Shown one piece after another: positions 18,532-27,500 of a stretch of 64,000 nucleotides of DNA. Source of the DNA: an uncultured Gammaproteobacteria bacterium (GTDB taxonomy: Bacteria; Patescibacteriota; Microgenomatia; UBA1406; GWC2-37-13); NCBI GenBank assembly GCA_964366455.1, contig CAYISZ010000001.1, positions 15,111-79,110 of the forward strand, read 5' to 3'. The notes beneath the pieces were generated by a model. The model was given only the letters and a program-made list of their open reading frames with translations, was not told the origin of the DNA and made no database searches. Positions within the stretch are counted from its first letter, which is position 1; each line of letters opens with the position of its first letter. The translations under genes and the position numbers were made by a program.

Positions 18532-20217
18532 CTACAGATTCATTGCGCTGTCTGCGAGTCTAATCGCCGACTTCTCAGCGTCAACCGATGTCTTAGGAGT
18601 TATGAAGTGTCTTCCGAGACTCTTAAATGCATTCTTCCAAAACTTTGGAGAGCTCCAGCTTACCTTGGTTTGATTAGAATCAAAGTCTAGAAGATGACCA
18701 ATCAGTTTCCATGCCATGTAGAAAAGATACTTAAAGTCATGCAGACTTCTAATGCTGAGGATTTTTCTTGTTATGTACTGAGGCGTCATAAAGGAAGAAT
18801 ATAGGTCTTGCTCTAGCTCGTAAATTTTCTGTTTAGGAAATGGTGTCTTCATTACCGACTGTCTCATATCGAATTTATCGTAATCGTCGGTCAAGAGCCA
18901 TCCTTTTTCTTTACATTCCTTGTAAAGAGGAGTGCCCGGATACGGAATTACAATCGTTGCCTGCATGGTTTCGTAGTAGCCCATTTTGAAAGCGTACTTA
19001 GCAATCGCAATTGTTCTGCGAGCTTCCTTTAAGGTCTCCCAAGGATATCCCAACATGATTGTGACATGTGGATCCATACCGTTTTCGCGAGCCATTCTTG
19101 GGCCGTTAATCGCATCTACTTCCTTAGTTCCTTTGTCTAACTTGTCTAGAGTTCTTTGGTTCCCTGACTCCATTCCATAAAGAATAAATCGGAATCGTGC
19201 CTTACCCATTAGTTCGTAGTACTCTCGATTTAGAGCATTAAAACGCATATTGCATCCATAGCGGACTTTTTTGTTGTAGCCACTCTCTATTAGAAGTTCA
19301 CAGAAGCGTTTTAATTTAGGCCCAATAAACATTGTACCCGCATCGTCGAAAATTTCTTTGATACCATAGTTATCTACGACATGCTTAACCTCTGCAAAAA
19401 GTCTTTCTGGTGAAAAACTTCTGTATGATCCAAGCGGATTGATGGTATGATCCCAGACACAGAATGTACAGCGATTCCACCAACAGTCACGTCCAGAGTA
19501 CATGTATGTGGCGGGAGTGTATTTGTAGTTTCCGTTTTCATACGCATACAGATACCATTTAGTTAAGTCTCGATCGACAAAAGGAAGCAGATCTAAGTTG
19601 TGCTTTAGGGAAGCAACTCCACTGTTGTACACAAATCCTTTTCCGGGTAACTGTTTTTTTCCTGCTGGTCTTGCCTTAATGTTTTTGTCTCCTTTTCTCC
19701 AGTAGACACCTCCCTCAAGTTTTTCCCCTTTGTAGATGTGATTTAGCAGATTAACGGCCATAAAGTCATAGTCCCCACCGGCAATCGCATAGTCGATGTT
19801 GCTGTTCTCAAACAGTTCATTTGGTAGATAACTGACATGATCCCCTACCCAGATAAGCTTGATGGTTGGAATTTTTTCCTTAATGTCATTGATCTGCTTC
19901 CAGTGAGTCTTAACAATTGGAGACTTGGTCTCGACCATCAAGTAGTCAACCTTGTTTTTTTTGAGTTCCTCGATCCACTCATCATATTTTTTCTTCTCAG
20001 CAATTCCGTCCATCCAAAATACTTTGTAGCCGTGATGTTGAAGGTTTGAGGCCGCGTAGGCCGGTACCATCGGATAAATATATGTAGCTGCATTGAAGTA
20101 CTGGAACTGACGATTCTGCGAAAGTAGGGCAACTCCTTTTTTATTCTCAAGTGGTGGATAGCCAACAGCAATTCTTACGACATTACCGTCCTTTTTACGT
20201 ATTTTCTTGGCTACCAT
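18532..20217 (-). CDS. B12-binding-domain radical SAM enzyme (class B-like)
   Basis: 561 aa. N-terminal Rossmann-like B12-binding region (VDYLMVETKSP...LIWVGDHVS), Cys cluster GRDCWWNRCTFCVW, and a radical SAM core (YGMESGNQRTLD). Confidence 0.75.
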   Translation of the reverse strand: MVAKKIRKKDGNVVRIAVGYPPLENKKGVALLSQNRQFQYFNAATYIYPMVPAYAASNLQHHGYKVFWMDGIAEKKKYDEWIEELKKNKVDYLMVETKSPIVKTHWKQINDIKEKIPTIKLIWVGDHVSYLPNELFENSNIDYAIAGGDYDFMAVNLLNHIYKGEKLEGGVYWRKGDKNIKARPAGKKQLPGKGFVYNSGVASLKHNLDLLPFVDRDLTKWYLYAYENGNYKYTPATYMYSGRDCWWNRCTFCVWDHTINPLGSYRSFSPERLFAEVKHVVDNYGIKEIFDDAGTMFIGPKLKRFCELLIESGYNKKVRYGCNMRFNALNREYYELMGKARFRFILYGMESGNQRTLDKLDKGTKEVDAINGPRMARENGMDPHVTIMLGYPWETLKEARRTIAIAKYAFKMGYYETMQATIVIPYPGTPLYKECKEKGWLLTDDYDKFDMRQSVMKTPFPKQKIYELEQDLYSSFMTPQYITRKILSIRSLHDFKYLFYMAWKLIGHLLDFDSNQTKVSWSSPKFWKNAFKSLGRHFITPKTSVDAEKSAIRLADSAMNL

Positions 20218-20241
20218 AGTATAAAGTATCGCAATTTGTAG

Positions 20242-20256
20242 CTATAAAGTCAACGA
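20242..20256. repeat. Short copy of the CTATAAAGTC word family
   Basis: ctataaagtcaacga here is nearly identical to the minus-strand reading of miaA 26885-26900 (tctataaagtcaacgac) and to the words at 23626-23653. Confidence 0.45.
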
Positions 20257-20262
20257 GCCTAG

Positions 20263-20508
20263 CTATTTAGGATAAACTTTTTTTCCCTTAACCAATACCT
20301 CAATCGCAAGTACTGGACATGACTGTGCTGCGGCGACAATTTTTTCTAAACGGTCCCAGTCGCCTTTTTTGATAATAGCGATGTTGTCCTCATCAAGGTC
20401 AAAGGTGCTAGGCGCATACACGACACAGGTTGCCGCGCCAATGCATTTGTCACGAATTACTTTAATTTCGATATCCCCTTTTTTGACGAGAGTAATGTTA
20501 TTTGCCAT
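20263..20508 (-). CDS. Small single-cluster ferredoxin
   Basis: 81 aa with CIGAATC...APSTF...SCPVLAIEV, the pattern of 3Fe/4Fe single-cluster ferredoxins. Confidence 0.75.
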   Translation of the reverse strand: MANNITLVKKGDIEIKVIRDKCIGAATCVVYAPSTFDLDEDNIAIIKKGDWDRLEKIVAAAQSCPVLAIEVLVKGKKVYPK

Positions 20509-21553
20509 AGATTGAGTTGTTTTTATTTAATCCTTTTTTTAATCCTTTAATAAAATTGAGCCCGTAATACACATGCGTAAGAGCAACCGTAACGCTTGCG
20601 CCAAGGGCAACAATTACGTTCTTTGATTTAAGTAAAGATTGTATAAAAATTACGGCTAATAGTAAACCGTAAAGCATCGATGGAATCAGGGCATATACGA
20701 AAAAGCTATCTGAGCCTGACAGCCATAGTAATGTATATATAATGGGAATCGCTCCTAGGTAAAGCACCAGCATCAAAGGTGCGAGATAGGACAGCTCCCT
20801 TGAGTTACTGTCGCCGTGCGAGAAGAAAGCTCCTCTGTGAAAACCGTACTGTCCATGTTGTTTAAGAAAACTTTTTAAATCGGCTCTACGGTGATGGTAA
20901 ACAAGAACGTCGGGATGGTAAAGAATCTTTCCTTTTTCCTTGATAACAATGTCGTTGCAGAGTTTGCTGTCCTCGCCCGGCCAATAATCAGAGTTAAATC
21001 CACCCACTTTTTCAAAAGTTTTCTTTCTAATGAAAAAATTCATCGATGGGTAGTCGATTACAAACCGTTTCTTGAGCGGTGTAAATCTGTATGCATATTT
21101 TCCAGATCCCAAAAAAGAAACCAAGACAGCGTCAAATATTTTTTCCCAAAGATTAGTTTTCTCTGGCAGCGCTCCAGGGCCACAGAGGATTAAAAATGAA
21201 GTTTTTTTGAAAAGTTTCATAGCGTTTGTAAGCCAGTTCTCGTCCGGGTAAGCGTCGTCATCTATAAATGCGATTATTTTTCCCTTAGCGTTTTTTACGC
21301 CAATGTCTCTTTTTTGCGCAGGGCGAGTTACAGCTCCGGTAGGTATAACGCGCAACCACGAGTATTGATTCATTAAGGTGATGTCATAAGTAGTGTGCTC
21401 ATTAGGCAAAACAATAACCTCAAAATTTTTGAATGTTTGCTTATCCATTTCAGGAAGATTTTCAAACAGAAGGTAATATGAGAGAGCTCTGACAGGAATG
21501 ATTACAGAAATAGCCGGCGTCCGCCAGCTGGCGGATTTATTTTGTTTTCCCAT
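20498..21553 (-). CDS. Family 2 glycosyltransferase with C-terminal transmembrane domain
   Basis: ISVIIPVR...NFEVIVLPNE...FIDDDAYP, then 3-4 TM helices. Confidence 0.75.
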   Translation of the reverse strand: MGKQNKSASWRTPAISVIIPVRALSYYLLFENLPEMDKQTFKNFEVIVLPNEHTTYDITLMNQYSWLRVIPTGAVTRPAQKRDIGVKNAKGKIIAFIDDDAYPDENWLTNAMKLFKKTSFLILCGPGALPEKTNLWEKIFDAVLVSFLGSGKYAYRFTPLKKRFVIDYPSMNFFIRKKTFEKVGGFNSDYWPGEDSKLCNDIVIKEKGKILYHPDVLVYHHRRADLKSFLKQHGQYGFHRGAFFSHGDSNSRELSYLAPLMLVLYLGAIPIIYTLLWLSGSDSFFVYALIPSMLYGLLLAVIFIQSLLKSKNVIVALGASVTVALTHVYYGLNFIKGLKKGLNKNNSIYGK

Positions 21554-22313
21554 GCTTTCGTTTTACAGGCTTTTTATGATAATGTTGCAAAATATTTTTA
21601 CGGTAAAAAATCGCAAGCGTATCTACAAGTATTCCCTTTATTGATTCGAGAGTGGCCGCAGAAGTTACAGGCCCCAGATGATAATCGAGTTTAATTGGAG
21701 CTTCATAAATACGACTAAATCCTAAGCTGTCTGCTGCAACGAGTATCTCAAGGTCGCCCGCAAACTGTCTTTCCACAAGTCGGGGCATAATTACTTCCAG
21801 TGTTTTTTTTCTAAAGACCTTAATGCCTGCCTGCGTGTCTCTGATCTTTATGTTGAACAAAAATTTAACCAAAAAATAATATCCGTAGCTTAGAAATTTG
21901 CGCATAAGTGGGTACTTCACATAGGAAGCGGGGTGTCGTTTGGATCCTACAATGATGTCTGCTTTGTACCACTCCATGTGCTCCAAAAGCATCGAGATTC
22001 CGTTTGGATCAATTTCACTTCCTGAGTCCAAAAACATAACGTAGTCCCCTTTCGCTCTTGTCATGCCAAGTCTAATGGCGTAAGACTTCCCCTGATTTTT
22101 CACGTAAGCGTGTGTTTTTACATGAAGTATTTTTGCACGCTTAATATTGCTTAGAGACTTGTCTACAATTCCATCAATCACCACAATAACTTCGTAGGGA
22201 TATCTGATTTGATTTAGCGCAGTAGTAATTGACTTGATATTCTTTACTATCGTTTTCTCCTGTTTGTAGACCGGAATTATGAGGCTTAAAAAATGGTTAT
22301 TTTTGGTTTCCAT
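21537..22313 (-). CDS. Family 2 glycosyltransferase, polyprenol-phosphate sugar synthase-like
   Basis: LSLIIPVYKQEKTI...VVIDGIVDKS...FLDSGSEIDP. At 258 aa, its size and motifs resemble DPM1/ArnC-type enzymes. Confidence 0.65.
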   Translation of the reverse strand: METKNNHFLSLIIPVYKQEKTIVKNIKSITTALNQIRYPYEVIVVIDGIVDKSLSNIKRAKILHVKTHAYVKNQGKSYAIRLGMTRAKGDYVMFLDSGSEIDPNGISMLLEHMEWYKADIIVGSKRHPASYVKYPLMRKFLSYGYYFLVKFLFNIKIRDTQAGIKVFRKKTLEVIMPRLVERQFAGDLEILVAADSLGFSRIYEAPIKLDYHLGPVTSAATLESIKGILVDTLAIFYRKNILQHYHKKPVKRKHGKTK

Positions 22314-23577
22314 TGACGGTATTATACTTTACCAAGCAGCCGATTTGCAGAAGCAATAGAGCTGAGCCAGTAGCGATATTAACCGTAATCAAATTTTGAA
22401 TTGTGGTACCAAATAAGTAAAGTGATGGGATGTAAGCCAGTCCCGCAAAAATTGGCATAAGGGAAAATAATGATTTCTTGGAAAGAAAATAATTATTAAT
22501 CAAGGTCGTTGAGGCATAAAGTGAACCGAAAATACTAGCTAGTCCAAGTACTGGAGCAATTGAGTTAAATTTGGTTCCAAATAATATGTGAATAACGGGT
22601 ATAGAAAGGTATTGATAGAGCACGAAGCATACAATTCCAATTAACGCTAAAGCCGCCAGAGAAATTTTGAGAACTAATTCGTGATTCTGCTTATTTTTCA
22701 AACTTGAGAAGAAAATGTAACTTGCCGTAATCATCGGTCCGATCAGATAAAGAATAATTTTTGCAAAAAGACTCCATGAACCGTAAATTCCCGCCTGCTC
22801 TGAGCTTAAGAATTTTTTAGCCGTGACTATGTCTGCATTTCCAAGTAACGTAAGACCAAGTATCGAAAAAAAAGTTACGATTACTTGTTTTTGGAAAACC
22901 GATCCCAGAACTCGTCTTTTTAGTTTTGATTGAATTAGCGTACTTCCCTTTGATTTAGTTCTTAGAATTATGAAGGAGCCTATTATTGCTGATGCTGTAG
23001 ATATGAATAAGAAAACTATGATTAAAAGAACTCCCCATTCAACATTTGTTATTACCAATGCACCAGTAAGTTTAAGAATGACGGCGATGGTCCCAAGTGC
23101 AGAAATCCAACCAAAAAGATGAAGCCCCTGCAAAAGAGCTGCATAATATGCGCCTACAAAACCAATCATTACAAAAGGAACTATTGAGACGCTACTGTAA
23201 AACGACAGGTTTGTAAGTTTTTGTATGAATGGTGTCAAAAATAAAAATGGTATCAGTAGCAACCACCATTTTTTAAGTTTAGTCAAAAACCATTGTTCTA
23301 GAGTTAGCGCATAAGCAAGACCCCTAGTAGTATTGGAACCAATTTTTTGGATAATGACCATTGTGATAACGGTCATTGGTACCGAGAAAATTGTTGTGTA
23401 TGAAAAAAGCGCTGTAATTTCACCGAAACCAGTCGGACCAAGTTTTTTGGCAACAACAATGTTGAATAAGTAGTTAATCAAACTGCCCAGAAATGTAGCG
23501 ACAGTAAAAATTAAACTCCCGCGTACGAAGGTATTCTTGAGAATACGTGAGAGCGTTGTCATAGACATTTTAATCAT
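22297..23577 (-). CDS. MOP-superfamily polysaccharide/oligosaccharide flippase (Wzx-like)
   Basis: 426 aa with about 12 TM segments. The more likely start is ATG 23568 (MSMTTL), 7 nt downstream of the TATAAT at 23576-23581, which overlaps the first ATG. Confidence 0.7.
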   Translation of the reverse strand: MIKMSMTTLSRILKNTFVRGSLIFTVATFLGSLINYLFNIVVAKKLGPTGFGEITALFSYTTIFSVPMTVITMVIIQKIGSNTTRGLAYALTLEQWFLTKLKKWWLLLIPFLFLTPFIQKLTNLSFYSSVSIVPFVMIGFVGAYYAALLQGLHLFGWISALGTIAVILKLTGALVITNVEWGVLLIIVFLFISTASAIIGSFIILRTKSKGSTLIQSKLKRRVLGSVFQKQVIVTFFSILGLTLLGNADIVTAKKFLSSEQAGIYGSWSLFAKIILYLIGPMITASYIFFSSLKNKQNHELVLKISLAALALIGIVCFVLYQYLSIPVIHILFGTKFNSIAPVLGLASIFGSLYASTTLINNYFLSKKSLFSLMPIFAGLAYIPSLYLFGTTIQNLITVNIATGSALLLLQIGCLVKYNTVNGNQK

Positions 23578-23581
23578 TATA
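23576..23581 (-). promoter_or_regulatory. -10 box (TATAAT) 7 nt upstream of ATG 23568; leaderless candidate
   Basis: Minus strand reads GTTATAATGATTAAAATG. Confidence 0.4.
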
Positions 23582-23625
23582 ACAAGCCCTTCATGGATTA
23601 TAATGGAGAGAAGCCCTTCGTAACC

Positions 23626-23694
23626 GTCTATAAAGTCGAAAGTCTATAAAGTCAGGGACTTTACGGACCTTAAGGACCTTACGGACTTTACAGA
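23626..23694. repeat. Word array: 2x GTCTATAAAGTC followed by 4 tandem 9-mers GGACYTTAM
   Basis: gtctataaagtc gaaa gtctataaagtc a ggactttac ggaccttaa ggaccttac ggactttac agac, in the divergent spacer between the flippase gene and lepA. Confidence 0.7.
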
Positions 23695-23707
23695 CAAAAA
23701 TACTTTT

Positions 23708-25441
23708 ATGAATCATATACGAAACTTCGCAATTATAGCCCATATTGATCACGGTAAGTCGACCTTAGCAGATCGACTTCTAGAACTAACCGGTGTTGTG
23801 TCCAAAGACAAACACGAGGAGCAGCTACTCGACCGTAACCCAATTTCAAGAGAAAGAGGAATAACTATAAAACTAGCTCCAGTGAGGATGAGTTACGAAT
23901 TAGACGGAGAACGATTTCAGCTGAATCTTATTGATACACCAGGTCATGTAGATTTTTCCTATGAGGTCGATAGAACATTGTCGTGTGTCGAGGGAGCGGT
24001 ATTACTAATTGATGCGACCCAAGGAATTCAGGCCCAGACAATATCAAATGCATATAAAGCACTTGAGAAAAATCTCACAATAATTCCGGTTATCAATAAA
24101 ATCGATCTACCACATGCAGATGTACCAAAAGCAAAAAAACAGATTGTAGATTTTTTAGGAATTGCTGAAGCAGAAATTCATGAAATTTCTGCAAAGACGG
24201 GACTCGGAGTACAAGAACTACTAAACGATATTATAAAAAAAGTACCAGGGCCAAACTTCAACGAAAACAATACCGAACTGCAGAGTCTTATTTTTGATTC
24301 GTATTACGATTCACATAAAGGGGTAATCGCTTTTGTAAGAATTTTTGACGGGCAGGTAAAAAAAAGAGACAAGGTTCGATTGATTGCTGACAAAAGTGTT
24401 TTTGAGGTTAGTGAAGTTGGAGTTTTTGGTCCCGAACTTACACAGGTAGAGTCACTACAAAAAGGTGAGATCGGATATGTGGTAACAAATCTAAAGGACA
24501 TTCATCAGGTGCGCGTTGGAGATAGTATGACTGCAGAGAAATCAAAAAATCCAGCTCTCTCAGGTTACAAAAAAGTTAAGTCAATGGTCTTTGCGTCCAT
24601 GTTCCCTACAGATGCATCCGAGTATCTAAATCTTAAGAAAGCATTAGATAAACTTTATCTAAACGATTCTTCTTTAGAGTTTACGCCAATCTTTAGTCAA
24701 GCTCTAGGCGCAGGATTTAGGGTTGGATTTTTGGGACTTCTTCATGCGGATGTCGTTCGCGAAAGACTGGAGCGTGAGTATGAACTCGATCTTGTTCTCA
24801 CTCCGCCTCAGGTTGAGTACCAATTTGAGAACAATACTTACTTAGAGCCTTATGTAAGGATATTCATGGTGATGCCGCCAGAGTACCAAGGTCCTGTAAT
24901 GACAATCTGTCAAGAGTACCGAGGAAGATTTATAACCATGGATAACAAAAATCAAATTACCCTAACCTACGAAATGCCGTTAGCCGAAATGATTTCTGAT
25001 TTTTTTGATCGATTAAAGAGTGTGAGTTCAGGATACGCATCTCTTGACTGGGAGTTGGTAAGATACGAGCCCGTGAAGGCTGACAAATTATCTTTGCTTA
25101 TAAACGGAGATCCAATCGAGGAATTTTCGGAAATCGTTGTTCAGGAGAGAGCACAAGAAAAAGCACAAGATTTAACAAAGCGCCTGCGAGAAGTTATTCA
25201 TCGACAACAGTTTGAGATAAAAATTCAGGGACAGTACAAGGGTAAAATTATTGCATCAGAGCGAATCGCTCCATTTAGAAAGGACGTGCTTATGAAGGGT
25301 AGTAAAGCGGTTGGAGGAGGAGACGTCGGACGCAAACGAAAGGTTTTGGAAAGACAGAAAGAAGGAAAGAAAAGAATGAAGATGATTGGGAGCGTCGAAG
25401 TTCCAAAAGAAGCCTTCCTGAAGATATTCAATAAAAAATAA
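23708..25441 (+). CDS. lepA: Translation elongation factor 4
   Basis: IRNFAIIAHIDHGKSTLADRLL and DTPGHVDF GTPase motifs, plus a LepA-type C-terminal domain. Confidence 0.95.
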   Translation: MNHIRNFAIIAHIDHGKSTLADRLLELTGVVSKDKHEEQLLDRNPISRERGITIKLAPVRMSYELDGERFQLNLIDTPGHVDFSYEVDRTLSCVEGAVLLIDATQGIQAQTISNAYKALEKNLTIIPVINKIDLPHADVPKAKKQIVDFLGIAEAEIHEISAKTGLGVQELLNDIIKKVPGPNFNENNTELQSLIFDSYYDSHKGVIAFVRIFDGQVKKRDKVRLIADKSVFEVSEVGVFGPELTQVESLQKGEIGYVVTNLKDIHQVRVGDSMTAEKSKNPALSGYKKVKSMVFASMFPTDASEYLNLKKALDKLYLNDSSLEFTPIFSQALGAGFRVGFLGLLHADVVRERLEREYELDLVLTPPQVEYQFENNTYLEPYVRIFMVMPPEYQGPVMTICQEYRGRFITMDNKNQITLTYEMPLAEMISDFFDRLKSVSSGYASLDWELVRYEPVKADKLSLLINGDPIEEFSEIVVQERAQEKAQDLTKRLREVIHRQQFEIKIQGQYKGKIIASERIAPFRKDVLMKGSKAVGGGDVGRKRKVLERQKEGKKRMKMIGSVEVPKEAFLKIFNKK

Positions 25442-25446
25442 AGCTA

Positions 25447-26541
25447 TTATCGGAAAACAAATTCATACCCAGTGGGTAATTTTATACTCTTAATATCCTC
25501 CTTAAGAAATTTATCAAAGTCAGGAGTTGGATCGCTTGGTGTTGGCTGTGGAATTTCTTTAAGATTTTTATCGTTCAAGGAATATTTATAGGACTTTACC
25601 CCACTTATTATAAGTGAGTCTGCATTCTTATCGAGAATAATGTTCTGCGCATCTTTTAATATTTGAGCATTTGAGATCACTGTCTCCTTATCGTTCGGAT
25701 TACGCAATGAAATTGCAGTGACATTATAAAAATTTCGTTTAATTGGACCGCCAGAACCTATATAGCTATAGTTTTCTTTCGTGCCTTTTCCGTTTGTATA
25801 GTACGTTACTAGAAGTCTTTGCTTAGTATCCACTCCAATAACTTTATCGCTCAAAGCTCCAAAAGTTGCTACGTTCCCTTGTGGGGAGTGTATCAGTCGA
25901 GTCGTTTTGGCATCAGAATCTAACGCATAATACCTTTCTCTTACGGTCTCTCCATAATAAGTATATTCAGTCAATAAGTACATGTCTCCCGCTTTAGAAA
26001 TATTGTTATAAAGACCCATATAGGCGACTTGGTAATTATCAGAGTCGAGTTCAACTCTAAACAATGCTCTTTCACCCATACCTCCGGTAAATATAAAAAG
26101 ATTTTCATTATCTAAAACTTTTAGAATTAGACCTACTTCCTTCCCAATACCGTCTGGCATAAGACTTTGCAAATAATCAGCATCAACTATCTTATTGGAA
26201 TCTCCTGTGTATAAATTAAAACTATGCACATTACCGTCTTGAATATAAAAGATAAACTTACTGTTTCGCTCAATTTTGCTCAAATAAGACACCTGTTCGC
26301 TAAGTGAGAGAACTGTCTCAGTTTTCCAAAACGGAAGTTTTTTTATTAAAGTCCAAGATCCTGTTGGGGCTATTGTTGGCCAACCCGCCAATCCAAATTG
26401 CGTCTTGGGTTGCGAATACCTCTTCTCAAGATTACTCGCCTTAAGCATTAGAACTATGGCGACTACGGTAAGTAAAATTAATAAAATCCAAAGTGGATTA
26501 TTCTTACTGCGTTTGACTCGAGTATTCTTGCGGCGCTTCAT
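25447..26541 (-). CDS. Hypothetical membrane-anchored protein
   Basis: 364 aa with a basic N-terminus and one TM segment (LWILLILLTVVAIVLML). No motif recognised. Confidence 0.5.
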   Translation of the reverse strand: MKRRKNTRVKRSKNNPLWILLILLTVVAIVLMLKASNLEKRYSQPKTQFGLAGWPTIAPTGSWTLIKKLPFWKTETVLSLSEQVSYLSKIERNSKFIFYIQDGNVHSFNLYTGDSNKIVDADYLQSLMPDGIGKEVGLILKVLDNENLFIFTGGMGERALFRVELDSDNYQVAYMGLYNNISKAGDMYLLTEYTYYGETVRERYYALDSDAKTTRLIHSPQGNVATFGALSDKVIGVDTKQRLLVTYYTNGKGTKENYSYIGSGGPIKRNFYNVTAISLRNPNDKETVISNAQILKDAQNIILDKNADSLIISGVKSYKYSLNDKNLKEIPQPTPSDPTPDFDKFLKEDIKSIKLPTGYEFVFR

Positions 26542-26548
26542 AAATTCA

Positions 26549-27427
26549 TTATACGATTACCCACTCAATTTGCGAGTCCATTTTCATAAATGTAAGTTGT
26601 CGTTTGGCATACTGAATTTCTTTGTTAATCCAGTCCTTTAGCGCCTCATCTAGCGTCACTTCTCCATCAATATGAGCAATCAGTTGTTTGTATCCGATTG
26701 TCTGAAGTCCGGGATCTGTTTTTTTGTATCCCAACTTTAATAGTCGCTTAACTTCCTTAAAAGCTCCCTGTTTAAGCCGCTTCTCTACCCGCTCAGTTAC
26801 TGCGTTAGTTAAAGATTCTTTGTTTTTATGTTTAAGGCCGATTATCTTGAAGCTTAGAGCTTGAAGCGTAGAGCTTTTATTAGGAGTCGTTGACTTTATA
26901 GACCTTATGGACTTTATGGACGCAGTCGCTATTTCGATTTTGCGAATGAGACGGCGAGGGTTGTGCAAATCACTGTTATTGAGTTTAGAAAATACAATTT
27001 TGTCTAATGATTTTAATTTCTTTTGAAGTTCTTCAACTGAAAGTTTTTCCAGCTCTCTTCTTAGTTTTGGATTTGGAGGAATTTTTATGTCCTGTCCGTA
27101 TAGTAGATGTTTAATATATAGATACGAACCACCAACTATAATTGGAGTTTTTTTTCTGCGCCATATATCTTTAATTATTGGCCCAGCTAAACTGACAAAG
27201 TCATATGAAGAAAATGTCTTATCAGGAGTTGCCACATCAAGTAGATAAACCTTAGCTCCGGACTTATTTAGCTCGCTCTTGTCTTTTCCGGTTATGATAT
27301 CAAGGTCTGTATAGACCTGTCGGGAATCTGCATTTATGATTTCTCCATTGAGGCGTGAAGCATAATCTAGGGCGAGTTTGGTTTTTCCGGTTGCCGTTTG
27401 GCCTGTTATAACGAGTAAATTATTCAT
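26549..27427 (-). CDS. miaA: tRNA dimethylallyltransferase
   Basis: LLVITGQTATGKTKLALD P-loop, IINADSRQVY, VGGSYLY. Confidence 0.9.
   Translation of the reverse strand: MNNLLVITGQTATGKTKLALDYASRLNGEIINADSRQVYTDLDIITGKDKSELNKSGAKVYLLDVATPDKTFSSYDFVSLAGPIIKDIWRRKKTPIIVGGSYLYIKHLLYGQDIKIPPNPKLRRELEKLSVEELQKKLKSLDKIVFSKLNNSDLHNPRRLIRKIEIATASIKSIRSIKSTTPNKSSTLQALSFKIIGLKHKNKESLTNAVTERVEKRLKQGAFKEVKRLLKLGYKKTDPGLQTIGYKQLIAHIDGEVTLDEALKDWINKEIQYAKRQLTFMKMDSQIEWVIV
26892..26921. repeat. In-frame 9-nt tandem array inside miaA (encodes SIKSIRSIKS)
   Basis: gactttata gaccttatg gactttatg gac. Same word family as 23655-23694. Confidence 0.7.
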
Positions 27428-27436
27428 TATTGAAGC

Positions 27437-27500
27437 GTTAACGGGTTAATGGGTTAACGAGTCGAACAAGAATAACCCGTGAACACGTTAACTCGTTAAC
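27437..27500. repeat. Degenerate octamer array (NNGTTAAC)x8
   Basis: gttaacgg gttaatgg gttaacga gtcgaaca agaataac ccgtgaac acgttaac tcgttaac. The last unit contains the folD stop codon. Confidence 0.75.

Noticed and set aside
27437-27500. Possibility that the short-period arrays (here and at 30953, 34050, 39685, 55298) are CRISPR arrays
   Set aside because: The period is 7-9 nt with no unique spacers of 25-40 nt, and no cas genes are present. They are tandem word arrays, not CRISPR.
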